Translations under genes and position numbers: made by a program
Notes under the pieces: model-generated
What the model saw: only the letters and a program-made list of their open reading frames with translations
What the model was told of the DNA's origin: nothing
Databases searched by the model: none
Assembly: GCF_004010195.1 (NCBI RefSeq)
Contig: NC_057754.1
Location: forward strand, 11,600,008-11,664,007
Length of the DNA: 64,000 nt
Origin: Chiloscyllium plagiosum
Lineage: Eukaryota
Direction of reading: 5' to 3'
Shown here: positions 53,111 through 64,000 of the stretch, piece by piece
How positions within the stretch are numbered: position 1 is the first letter of the stretch
Layout: each line of letters opens with the position of its first letter

Positions 53111-56100
53111 GGCTCTCAGCAGCTGGATGTCTGACTGAATTCTCCCTGCACGTGGAGCGGTGCAGGAATAGTCCGTCCCCAGTGTGATTGCACCATTGGG
53201 TGGCCAGCTCAGGTAGGTAATTGTATCCCTGTCATTGTCCTGATATTTCCACACGATCTCCATAGTGTAGGGATTTCTGCTTCTCCAGGCTGGATGGTCA
53301 GATATATTCTAATCCAAAGGACTAAATATCCATATTGTTTTTCAACTATGAAGTGTGATTTTCTCACCCCCCCACCAGTCTAATTTAAAGCTCTTTCCAC
53401 AGTCAGTTCACTGGAACACACTTACTCCAGTTGTGTAACTGGTTACAGCCGTTTCTACCATCTACTGGGAAGATCATATGTATCAGGAACAGCAGTAGGC
53501 CATTCAACCACTCGAGCCCTGTATAGAATAGCGGAACAATCATGGTCGAGCTGATATTCCTTGTGTCCAGTCTACAACATTTTTTCTTGACACCATTGAT
53601 TTTCCCCGAATGATCAACAATCCATCAATCTCAGCCTTAACTATACACAAGAACTCTGCCCCCACAGCTTGGTGGCAAGGAGTTCCAACTCTGGCAGGAA
53701 ATTCCTCATCATCTCAGTTTTAAATTGGGTCCTTTTTATTCTGAGACTGATTTTTGGTCCTCGGCTCTCACATAACGGGGATATCTTCTCCGCATTTAAC
53801 CTGTCAAGGCACTTATGTTTCAATGAGATCCTCACATCGCTCTTGTTTTAAACTCCAATGAGACGTGTCATACTCACTCAATCTGTCACTGGTTAAACCT
53901 CTTCCCAGTCAGTGTTAGAACCCTTATTTTCTTTTAAATCGCTTTTGGTTTGACTGTGAGAGCTGAATGATTCCTCTTGGCTGTGAATAGCAGCTTGTTT
54001 TAAACAACGAATAAACAAGTTTTTTTTGAGGCTCGGATGGAAGTTAATTGCAGGCTGGTTCTTGTATGCGAATGTGCATAGGATATAAATAGGCAGGGAA
54101 AGAGTTAAGTATTGAGTTTTGTAAAACAAAAGGTTCAACTGAGCATGACTCATCAGATAAGAACGTGTAGTTAACAATGGGGTGCGGGGGAAGAGAGAGA
54201 GAATGGGACGACATTGTGACAGTGTGCTTAACCAGACTGCAACTGTTTGGCGATTCATAAGGTCAGTATCTGGGAAGTGTATGCAAGCATAAGAGGTACA
54301 GTTAGTAAGTTTGCAGATGACATCAAAATTGGAGATGTAGTGGACAGCGAAGAAGGTTACCTCAGATTACCAGATGGGCCAATGAGCTGAGAAGTGGCAG
54401 ATCGCGTTTAATTCAGATAAATGTGAGGTGGTGAATATTGGAAAAGCACATCTTAGCAGGACTTATACACTTAATGGTAATGACCTAGGGAGTGTTGCTG
54501 AACAAAGAGAGCTTGGAGTGCAGGTTCATAACTCCTTGAAAGTGGAGTCGCAAGTTAGTGAAGAAGGCGTTTGGTATGCTTTCCTTTATTGGTCAGAGTA
54601 TTGAATACAGGTGTTGGGAGGTCATGTTGCGGCTGTACAGGACATTGGTTCTGGATCAGTGGTGCTGGAAGCGCACAGCAATTCAGGCAGCATCCGAGGA
54701 CAGGCAAAATCAACGTTTCGGGCAAAAGCCCTTCATCATGACCATGCCGACCAGATATCCCAACCCAATCATGTCCCACCTGCCAGCACCCGGCCCACAT
54801 CCCTCCAAACCCTTCCTATTCATTTACCCATCCAAATGCCACTTAACTGTTGCAGTTGTACCAGCCTCCACCACTTCCTCTGGCAGCTCATTCCATACAC
54901 ATACCACTGAGTGAAAACGTTGCCCCATAGGAGTCTTTTATATCTTTCCCCTCTCACCCTAAACCTATGCCCTCTAGTTATGGACTCCCCAACCCCAGGG
55001 AAAAGATTTTGTCTATTTACCCTATCCATGCCCCTCATAATTTTGTAAAACTCTATAAGGCCATCCCTCAGCTGCTGTGCTCTTCCAGCACCACTGATCC
55101 AGAATCTGGTTTCCAGCAACTGCAGTCATTGTTTTTACCTCACAGGACATTGGTTAGGCTGCTGTTGGAATATTGTGTGCAATTCTGGTCTCCTTCCTAT
55201 CGGAAAGACATTGTCAAACGTGAAAGGGTTCAGAAAAGATTTACAAGGATGTTGCCAAGGTTGGAGGAATTGAGCTATAAGGAGAGGCTGAACAGGCTGA
55301 GGCTGTTTTGTCTGGAGTGTAGGAGGCTGAGGGGTGACCTTATAGAGTTTTACAAAATTATGAGGGGCATGGATAGGGTAAATAGACAAAATCTATTCCC
55401 TGGGATTGGGGAGTCCATAACTAGAGGGCATAGGTTTAGGGTGAGAGGGGAAAGATATAAAAGACTCCTATGGGGCAACGTTTTCACTCAGTGGTTGTTT
55501 GTCTTTTGTGTGAATTGGGCTGTAAGCAAAGGTTATTGGATATAAATCATTGCAGTGTTCACTGAGGTGTATGTGCAGTTTGCTTTATGGAGATGCTTGA
55601 ACATTCACTAGTAACTGAAATTTTTGAAAATGTCTGTGCCCATTTTTGTCAGTGGGCTGCCTACCAGTTTGAAATACCAGACCAGGGAGTGATGGGGGTG
55701 TGTGTGTTTGCAGATTTGGGGTGTGTTCTTCTCCCTTGTAAAGCCCTAGTCCATTGTTTTTTCTCTCGCTGCCCCCCTCTTCTCTCACCCTGTGCCCCCT
55801 CACCTCAGCATCGAGTGGGCCCAGCAGTGCAGACTGAATTAGGCTCAGCAGCGTGGACTCATGGCGGTGTCATCAGAGGTAAGTTTGGCTTTCCGGCAGC
55901 TTTTGTAGTGACGAGGTGCTCCTAGAGCTGATCTCGTGGTTGCTGCTGTGGAGGTGAGTTTAGGTTCACGGTGGCGTCTGTCAGCGCAGCTTCAAAGAAG
56001 CCAGTCTGTCTGCAGTACGAGACCCGACTATATCCATGGCAGCTGCGTCGGTGAGGTGGGCTTACAGTGGACTTATAAAGTGGTAGCCAGCACAGCACAA

Positions 56101-56955
56101 TGAGTGCCATCTGTATTGGTGAGGTCCGGTGAGGTCCAGTGAGGACTCATAGTGACGAGGTCATCTGTGGAGGCAAGATGTTACCAAAGAATGTTGCTTT
56201 CTATTGCAGTGGCAAGGCAAAGGGGATTCAAGGCTGGCCACTAGGTCCATGGCCCGCGACAGAGCACTTCCCAACTGGACACTTTCTTTACTTCATTATT
56301 CTGCCTTTATGTTCAATGGTCTGATTTATTTTACTGCTTTAATACGGCATGGGAAAGTGATAACACTATATTTTGTAAGAAGATGCATGTGACAATAAAT
56401 AAATCAAATACAAAAAGTATGTTTTCCCGAGTAGCAGAGATGAGGACTCCAGGGCACAGTGTCAGAGTGAAGGGCCAATACTTTATAACTGAAATGAGGA
56501 ATTTCTTCAGCCAGAGGATGGTTAATTGTCTTAAGAAGACTGGAGGCCAAATCATTGAGTGTATTTAAGACAGAGATAGGTTCTTGATTATTAAGTGATC
56601 GAAGGTTTGGGGGAGAAGTCAGGAGACGAGGGTTGAGAAACATGTTAGCCATGATTTGATTCTGCTCCAACATTCAATGGGTCGAATGGCCTAATACTGC
56701 TCCTAAATCAGTCTGTTTTGGCTGATTGAGCTATTCTGTAAGATTGTGGCTGATCTGATTCTGACCTCAACTCCACTTTCCTTCCAATCCCCTGGAACCC
56801 CGTTCCTGCTGCATTTCTAACCTCGGCTAAAACTTGATTTGTCATCTCCTTTCCCAGGGATTTATATGGTTTGAAGGTAGCAAGAATTTATTTTCCTGGT
56901 TCCTGACATCTTTCCAGCTGCAGACTACAGCAGGAGATTTGAAACTCTTTTTGTG
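53111..56955 (+). other. Candidate non-coding 5'UTR exons 53111-53212 and 56858-56955
   Basis: ttacag|..cag|gtaggt and ctcctttcccag|..gtg|gtgagt in non-repeat sequence; any coding exon would lie outside the window. Confidence 0.4.
54290..55493 (+). mobile_element. CR1 fragment with PLE-bounded insert (54651-55141)
   Basis: TSD acaggacattggtt at 54637-54650 and 55142-55155. Confidence 0.85.
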
Positions 56956-57695
56956 GTGAGTATTTTTGAGCATTCATCTGCAATTTCAGGGCAGTGCTCT
57001 GGTTCTGTCGTGCTAGCGATGATGTACTCCTTTTACTGTGGGTCTGAATCCATGTCCTTCTATTTCTCTATTTTACCTTTGATTTGATTTATTGTTGTCT
57101 TATTCACTTTGCCCTCCCCAATCATCTCTCTGCCTTGAATAATAGTTTTACTTGAACGTTTGTTTGGCATTTTATTGTTATTTGTGCCGCTTTGAGATTT
57201 GAGGTTTCTGTTGCTGCTCATCTCTGGTTATATGCCTTTGTGCAATCATTGGATAATGAGTTGTTCACAGCTAGGTAAAACCTGATCTAATTTTGAAGTC
57301 AGCAGTGAATTTCAACAGTTTTGATAAACTTCCAAAGATATTTACTTATTTCCTATATTCTATTTCTTTTCTCACAACATTTAACAGTTGATAACTGGAT
57401 AGAAAATCAGAGGCCAGGCAGCCAGTACAGAAGCTTCCAAAAGCACTGTCCCTTCTTAACCTTCTTGAACTCTGCAGTCCGTATGGTGAAGCTATTCCAG
57501 ATTGTTGTTCGGTAAGGAGTTACAGGATTTTCATCCAGTGATGATTTATGCTGAGATCTGTCGTGGTTCCAATGTTTGGGATATAAAACATTTAACAGAA
57601 GAGTAACAAAGAAAATAGGTACGGGAGTAAGGCCTTTTTCGATTCTTCTGTTCTGCTATTCAGAATGATCATGGCTGATCATCCTACTAAGTAGC

Positions 57696-57912
57696 TGAAA
57701 ATGTGTTGCTGGAAAAACGCAGCAGGTCAGGCAGCATCCAAGGAACAGGAGAATCGACGTTTCGGGCATAAGCCCTTCTTCAGGATTCCTGAAGAAGGGC
57801 TTATGCCTGAAATGTCGATTCTCCTGTTCCTTGGATGCTGCCTGACCTGCTGCGCTTTTCCAGCAACACATTTTCAGCTCTGATCTCCAGCATCTGCAGT
57901 CCTCACTTTCTC
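57696..57912 (+). mobile_element. Palindromic PLE mini-element (family B)
   Basis: About 90-bp arms centred near 57786; 16-bp TSD catcctactaagtagc (57680-57695 / 57913-57928). Confidence 0.9.
57750..57789 (-). ncRNA. Minimal type-I hammerhead ribozyme motif
   Basis: GGAAUC-CUGAAGA-A-GGGC-UUAU-GCCC-GAAAC-GUC-GAUUCU. Confidence 0.7.
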
Positions 57913-59070
57913 CATCCTACTAAGTAGCCTGTTCCCATTTTTGCCTCACTCCCTTTGATCTCTATCCGTTTTCTTGAAAGTAGGGTGATAGGAGCAGATA
58001 GTATGGGAAAGTAGTTAATTGGGGGAGGGGGAATTACAATGCTATTAGGAAGGAACTGGGGCACCTAAACTGGGAACAGATGTTCTCAGGGAAATGCATG
58101 ACAGAAATGTGGTGTTTTTTAGGGAGCACTTCTGATAGTACGAGATAGATTTGTCCCACTGAGGCCAAGGAGGGATGGTAGGGTGCAGGAACCTTGGTGA
58201 CCAGGGATGTAGAACATCTAGTCAGAGAGTCCATAGAGATATCCAGCATGGAAAAAGACTCGTCTATACTGAACAGATATCCTTATCTGGTCTCATTTGC
58301 CAGCACTTGACACATATCCCTCTAAACTCTTCCTGTTCATATACTTATCCAGATGCCTTTTAAATGCTGTAATTGTACCAGTGTCCACCTCTTCTTCTTG
58401 CAGCTCATTCCATTTATGCACCATGCTCTGTGTGGAAAAAGTTGCTCCTTTGGTCCCTTTTATCTTTCCCCTCTCGCCCTAAACCTATGTCCTCTAGTTC
58501 TGGACTCCCCCACCAGAGAAAAAAGGCCTTGGCTATTTATCCTATCCATACCCCTCATGAGGTCCCCCCTCAGCTTCTGTTGCTCCAGGGGGAAAAAAGC
58601 CCCAGCCTATTCAACCACTCCCTATAGCTCATCCTGCAACCTTGGCAACGTCTTGAAAATCTTTTCTGAACCCTTTTCAAGTTTCTTAATATCTTTCTGG
58701 TAGAAAGGAGATGAGAATTGCACGCAATATTCCAAAAGCAGCCTAACTAATATCCTGTACAGCCACAACATGACGTCACAAATCCTGTACTCAATGCTCT
58801 GACCAATAAAGGATTCTTCATTATCCTATCTACCTGTGACTCTACTTTCAAAGAACTATGAACCTGCACTCCAAAGTCTTTGTTCAGCAACACTCCCCAG
58901 GACCTTACCATTAAAAGTATAAGTGGGTCTGGACTATTACAAGGTAGCCAGGAAGGAACTGAGGACAGCTAGAAGGGTGCATGAAAAAGCTTTAGTGGGG
59001 AGGATTAAGGAAAACCCTAAGTCGTTCTATACATGTGAGGAGCAAGAGAACAGCCAGAGTGAGAGTAGGG

Positions 59071-59700
59071 CTGAAAATGTGTTGCTGGAAAAGCGCAGCA
59101 GGTCAGGCAGCATCCAAGGAACAGGAGAATCGATGTTTCGGGCATAAGCCCTTCTTCAGGAATGAGGAAAGTGTGTCCAGCAGGCTAAGATAAAAGGTAG
59201 GGAGAAGGGGCTTTGGAAATGCGATAGATGGAGGGAGGTCAAGGTGAAGGTGATAGGCCGGAGTGAGGTGGGGGCGGAGAGGTCAGGAAGATGATTGCAG
59301 NNNNNNNNNNNNNNNNNNNNNNNNNNNNNNNNNNNNNNNNNNNNNNNNNNNNNNNNNNNNNNNNNNNNNNNNNNNNNNNNNNNNNNNNNNNNNNNNNNNN
59401 NNNNNNNNNNNNNNNNNNNNNNNNNNNNNNNNNNNNNNNNNNNNNNNNNNNNNNNNNNNNNNNNNNNNNNNNNNNNNGTTTCGGGCATAAGCCCTTCTTC
59501 AGGAATGAGGCAAGTGTGTCCAGCAGGCTCCCTACCTTTTATCTTAGCCTGCTGGACACACTTTCCTCATTCCTGAAGAAGGGCTTATGCCCGAAACATC
59601 GATTCTCCTGTTCCTTGGATGCTGCCTGACCTGCTGCGCTTTTCCAGCAACACATTTTCAGCTCTGATCTCCAGCATCTGCAGCCCTCACTTTCTCTCAA
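59071..59700 (+). mobile_element. Longer palindromic PLE insert (family B) spanning an assembly gap
   Basis: TSD agagtgagagtaggg (59056-59070 / 59701-59715). Confidence 0.8.
59301..59477. other. Assembly gap (177 N)
   Basis: Run of n. Confidence 1.
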
Positions 59701-62700
59701 AGAGTGAGAGTAGGGTCAATCTGGGATAGTGGAGGGCACTTGGTGAGGTCCTTGATGAATAATTTGCTTCAGTATTCATTAGTGAGGTGGATCTTGATGT
59801 ATATGAGGACAGCATGAAACAAGCTGATATGCTAGAACAGGTTGATGTTAAGGAGGATGTACTAAAACATTTGAAAAACATAAGGATAGATAAATCCTCT
59901 AGGCCAGATGGGATATACCCAAGGTGTCTACAGGAAGTGAGGAAAGAGATTGCTGCGCCTTTTGGCGATGATCTTTGTGTCCTCACTGTCCACTGGAGTA
60001 GTGCCAGATGCCTGGAGGGTGTCAAATGTTGTTCTGTGCAAGAAAGGGAATAGGGACAATCCAGGGAATTACAGACCAGTCAGTCTTATGTCAGTAGTAG
60101 GCAAGTTATTGGAGAGAGTGCTGAGAGATTGATTTAGTTTTCCAAGAAATCATAAATTCTTAGTTTGATTAGAGATAGTCAACATGGCCTTGTGAGGGGC
60201 ATGTCATGCCCCACAAACCTTTCGTGAATTCTTTTGAGGATGTGACAAAACATATTCATAAAGGTAGTTGTGGATGTGGATTTTAGCAAGGCATTCGATA
60301 GTCTTTCATGGTAGGCTCATTCAGAAAGTAAGGAGGCATAGGATAGATGGGAATTTGGCTATCTGGATGCAGAATTAGCTAGCCCATAGAAGATACAGGG
60401 TGGTGCTAGTTGGAAAGTATTCAGCTTGGAGGTTGGTGACCAGTGGTGTTCCACAGGGATCTGGGACTTCTGCTCTTTGTGATTTTTTTTTTTACATATA
60501 AATGATTTGGATGAGGAAGTGGAAGGGTGGATTAGTAAGTTTGTGTCATCAACAAAGTTTGGTGGATAGAGTTGGTTGGTAGAGTTGGATAGAGTTTGGT
60601 GGCTGTTGTAGGTTGCAATGGGACATTGACAGGACGCAGAACTGGGCTAAAAAGTGGTAGATGGAGTTCAACCTGGAAAAGAGTGAAGTGATTCTGTTTG
60701 CAAGATCAAATTTGAATATAGGGTTAAAGGTAGGATTCTTGGCAATGTGGAGGAACAGTGGGATGTTTGGGTCCATGTCCATAGATCCCTCAAAGTTGCC
60801 ATCCAAATTGATTGGGTTTTTAAGGTGTATGGTGTGTTGACTTCTATGAGCAAGGGTATTGAGTTTAAAAGCTATATGTTGCAGCTCTATAGAGCCCTGG
60901 TTAGATCACACTTGGAATATTCTGTTCAGTTCTGGTCGCCTCATTATAGGAAGAATGTGGAACCTTATAGAGGATGCAGAAGAGATTTACCAGGATGCTG
61001 CCTGGATTGTAGGGTATGTCTTATGAAAGATTTGAGGGAGCAAAGCCTTTTCTTATTGGAGCAAAAAAGAATGAGAGGTGACTTGATAGAGGTGTACAAG
61101 ATAATGAGAAGCATAGATAGAATGAACAGTCGGACATTTTACCTGGGCAGAAATGGCTATTGCAAGGGGGCATAACTTTAAGTTCATTGGAGGAAGGTTT
61201 AGGGGAGATGTTAGAGGTCGGTTCTTTACACAGAGTGGATGCGTGGAATGCAGTGCCAGCAGTGGGAGTACAGTCAGATACATTAGAGACATTTAAGCAA
61301 CTTTTGGATAGGCACATTGAGGGAGTGCAGCGTAGATTCACGAAGTCAATTCCTGGAATGGCGGGACTACCTTATGCTGAAAGACTGGAGCGACTGGGCT
61401 TGTATACCATTGAATTTAGAAGACAGAGGGGATCTGATTGAGACTATTAAAGGATTGGACACTCTGGAGGCAGGAAACATGTTTCCACTGATGGGTGAGT
61501 GCCGAACCAGTGAACACAGCTTAAAAATACAGTGTAGACCATTTAGGATAGAGATGAGGAGAAACTTCTTCACCCAGAGAGTGGTGGCTGTGTGGAATGC
61601 TCTGCCCCAGAGGGCAGTGGAGGCCCAGTCTCAGGATTCATTTAAGAAAGAGTTGGATAGAGCTCTCAAGGATAGTGGAATCAAGGGTTATGGAGATAAG
61701 GCAGGAACAGGATACTGATTAAGGATGATCAGCCATGATCATATTGAATGGTAGTGCAGGCTCGAAGGGCAGAATGGCCTACTGCTGCACCTATTGTCTA
61801 TTGTCACGTGGATGATAGTAAAATGAAGGGTATGTAGGTTAGTTTGACCTTAGAGTAGCATAAAAGATTTGTAAAACATTAGCTGAAGGGATTGTACTGT
61901 GCAGTACTGTTCAGTGTTCAATGTAAACATTTTTTTGCATCCACTGTATCTTGGGCCACTTTAAGTACTCTGGATTGCAGATTACCAGGTGCTGGCATTT
62001 GTTAGCTTTTAATTCCATGTTTCTTTTTCCCCCCAACACCATTTCCCTGTGAAAACTGATTTCTTTCAGTTCCTCCATTTGTGTTACCCAGCATTTTAGG
62101 AATATTATTTGTCATCCTTTGAAAGAACTAAAAAATGTGGTCAATTGTTCTGCATCTCATTATTTCACATTGTAACTTTCCCTGTTTCTGACTGTAAGGA
62201 ACCTGTATTAATTTTCACTAACTTTTTTATGTACCGTTTTTAGAAGCCCTTACAATTAATCTGTTCCCTTTAAGTTCATTCTCAGACTTTTTTTTTCCCT
62301 CTTAATCAATGCTTTAGTCCTCTTGCTGAAACCTGAACTTTGGTTAAAAAGAGCAGCAGACTTGAAGACAATTTGTATGCCCCATCCTTGGATCCAGTAC
62401 TATCCCTAATATCCCTTGTTAGCCATGGCAGGGTCACATTTCCCATTTCATTTTGTTAGGCATTTGCAGTTCCTCTGAGTGGTCTTTAAAAGTTTGTGAT
62501 TCCAATTTATTGTAGCCTAATTATATTTCATACCATTGTAATTTCCTCTGTTTAGATTTTGGCCCCTAGTCTCAGAATCAACTGTCACACTCCATCTTAA
62601 TGAAGCATTCCATCACTTTTTTTCCCACAAGGTGCCTCACACAGCCAGATGACCAATTATTCCTTTCTCATTACTTAGGATCATAGGACTGCTCTCTCAT

Positions 62701-62989
62701 TAGAAAGATGAGTAGTGGTGCTTTAACTTGAGGGTCACCATGCCTCAGGCAAGGGACAAGGTTCAGAACGTGGGACTTTGGTGGTGACCTCAGCTGGTAC
62801 AGAAATTGAGCATGTGCTGTTGGTGTCATTCTGCATCCAACCAGCGTCCAGCCAACTGAGCTAAGCCATTTGGATCCTCAATGTATTGATTCAAATAAAT
62901 CTACACACTCCAGGAATTTCTCCTGTACGGTATTTTTATGCTTTGATTTGCTCAATTTAGACACAGATTGGAGTCACCCATAAGACCAC

Positions 62990-64000
62990 CAGATAGTCAT
63001 TGAGATGTACAGCACAGAAACAGACCTTTCAGTCCGACTCATCCATGCTGATCAGGTGTCCTAAATAAATCTAGTCCTATTGGCCAGCATTTGGCCCATA
63101 TCCCTGTAAATTCTCTTATACCCATCCAGATGCTTTTTAAAATATAATTGTACAGGCCTCAATTTTCTCTGGCAACTCACTTCATACATGGAGCTGCATG
63201 AAAAAGTTGCCTCTTAGGTCCTTTTCTAAATTCTTCCCCTCTCACCTTAAATCTATGCCCTCTAGTTTTGGACTTGCCCACCCCAGGGAAAAGACCCTGT
63301 CTATTTACCCTATCCATGCCACTCGTGACTTTATGAACCTCTATAAGGTCACCCCTCAGCCTTTGATGCTCCAGAGAATATAGTCCCATTCTGTTCAGCC
63401 TCTCCAAATAGCTCAAACTCTCCAACCCTAGCAACATCCGTGTAAATCTTTTCTGGAACCCTTTCAAGTCTTGAGCATCCTTCCTGTGGCAGGGAGACCA
63501 GAATTACATGCAATATTCCAGAAGTGGCCGAACAGAGCTGCAACATGACTTTTTAACTTCTATACTCAATACACTGACCAATAAGTGCAAGCATACCAAA
63601 CTTCATCTTCACTATCCTACCTACCTGTGACTCCACTTTCAAGGAACTAAGAACCTGCAGTCCAAGGTCTCTTGTTCAGCAACACTCCCCAGAATGTGAC
63701 AATTAAGTGTATAAGTCCTGCCCTGATCTGCCTTGCCAAAATGCAACACCTCACACTTATCTAAATTAAACCCCGTCAACCGTGCATTGGCCCATCTGAT
63801 CAAAATCCCGTTGTAATCTGAGGTAACCTTTTTTGCTGTCTACTACACCTCCACTTTTGGTTTCATCTGCAACTTAGTGACCATACCATCTACGTTCACA
63901 TCCAAGTCACTTGTATAAATGATGAGAAGCAGTGAACCCAGCACTGATCCTTGTGGCGTACCACTAGTCATAGACTTCCACTCTGAAAGGCAACCCTCCA
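62990..64000 (-). mobile_element. CR1 3' fragment
   Basis: QKRFTRML..RLRGDLIEV; runs off the window. Confidence 0.88.

Larger units (their letters stand above)
58220..61915. mobile_element. CR1 elements: 58220-58920 (-) and 58925-61915 (+) with nested CR1 61322-61805
   Basis: NPGNYRPVSL, LEYSVQFWSP; nested copy has a ctattgtctattgt tail. Confidence 0.85.

Noticed and set aside
55700..56415. GC-rich segment as a gene
   Set aside because: Ends in gtgacaataaataaatcaaat, like the tail at 6770-6808; more likely an unclassified retroposon
1..64000. CRISPR array or prokaryotic system
   Set aside because: No repeat-spacer periodicity or operon structure; content is vertebrate retroelements

Overview
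Eukaryotic, repeat-dominated DNA. The HE1 SINE and HER1/CR1 LINE content points to a cartilaginous fish, probably a bamboo or carpet shark (inference). Most of the window is nested, decayed CR1 LINEs, HE1 tRNA-derived SINEs, Penelope-like element (PLE) fragments, Tx1-like LINE ends and one SCAN-type Gypsy gag fragment. There is one intact gene, a KRAB-less C2H2 zinc-finger gene (CDS 26999-27865, +) with a recognisable promoter. Also present are two ZF pseudogene relics, a decayed tRNA gene group (iMet, intron-containing Ile-TAT, Lys-TTT), a putative two-exon pseudogene of unknown family, and a second promoter with 5'UTR-type exons near 52.5 kb. The most notable signal is that up to five PLE end families carry minimal type-I hammerhead ribozyme motifs. 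Many sit in short TSD-flanked palindromic mini-elements, and one such element encloses an inverted copy of its own host LINE. Repeat boundaries were read by eye and are approximate (about +/-20 nt). No database searches were run.
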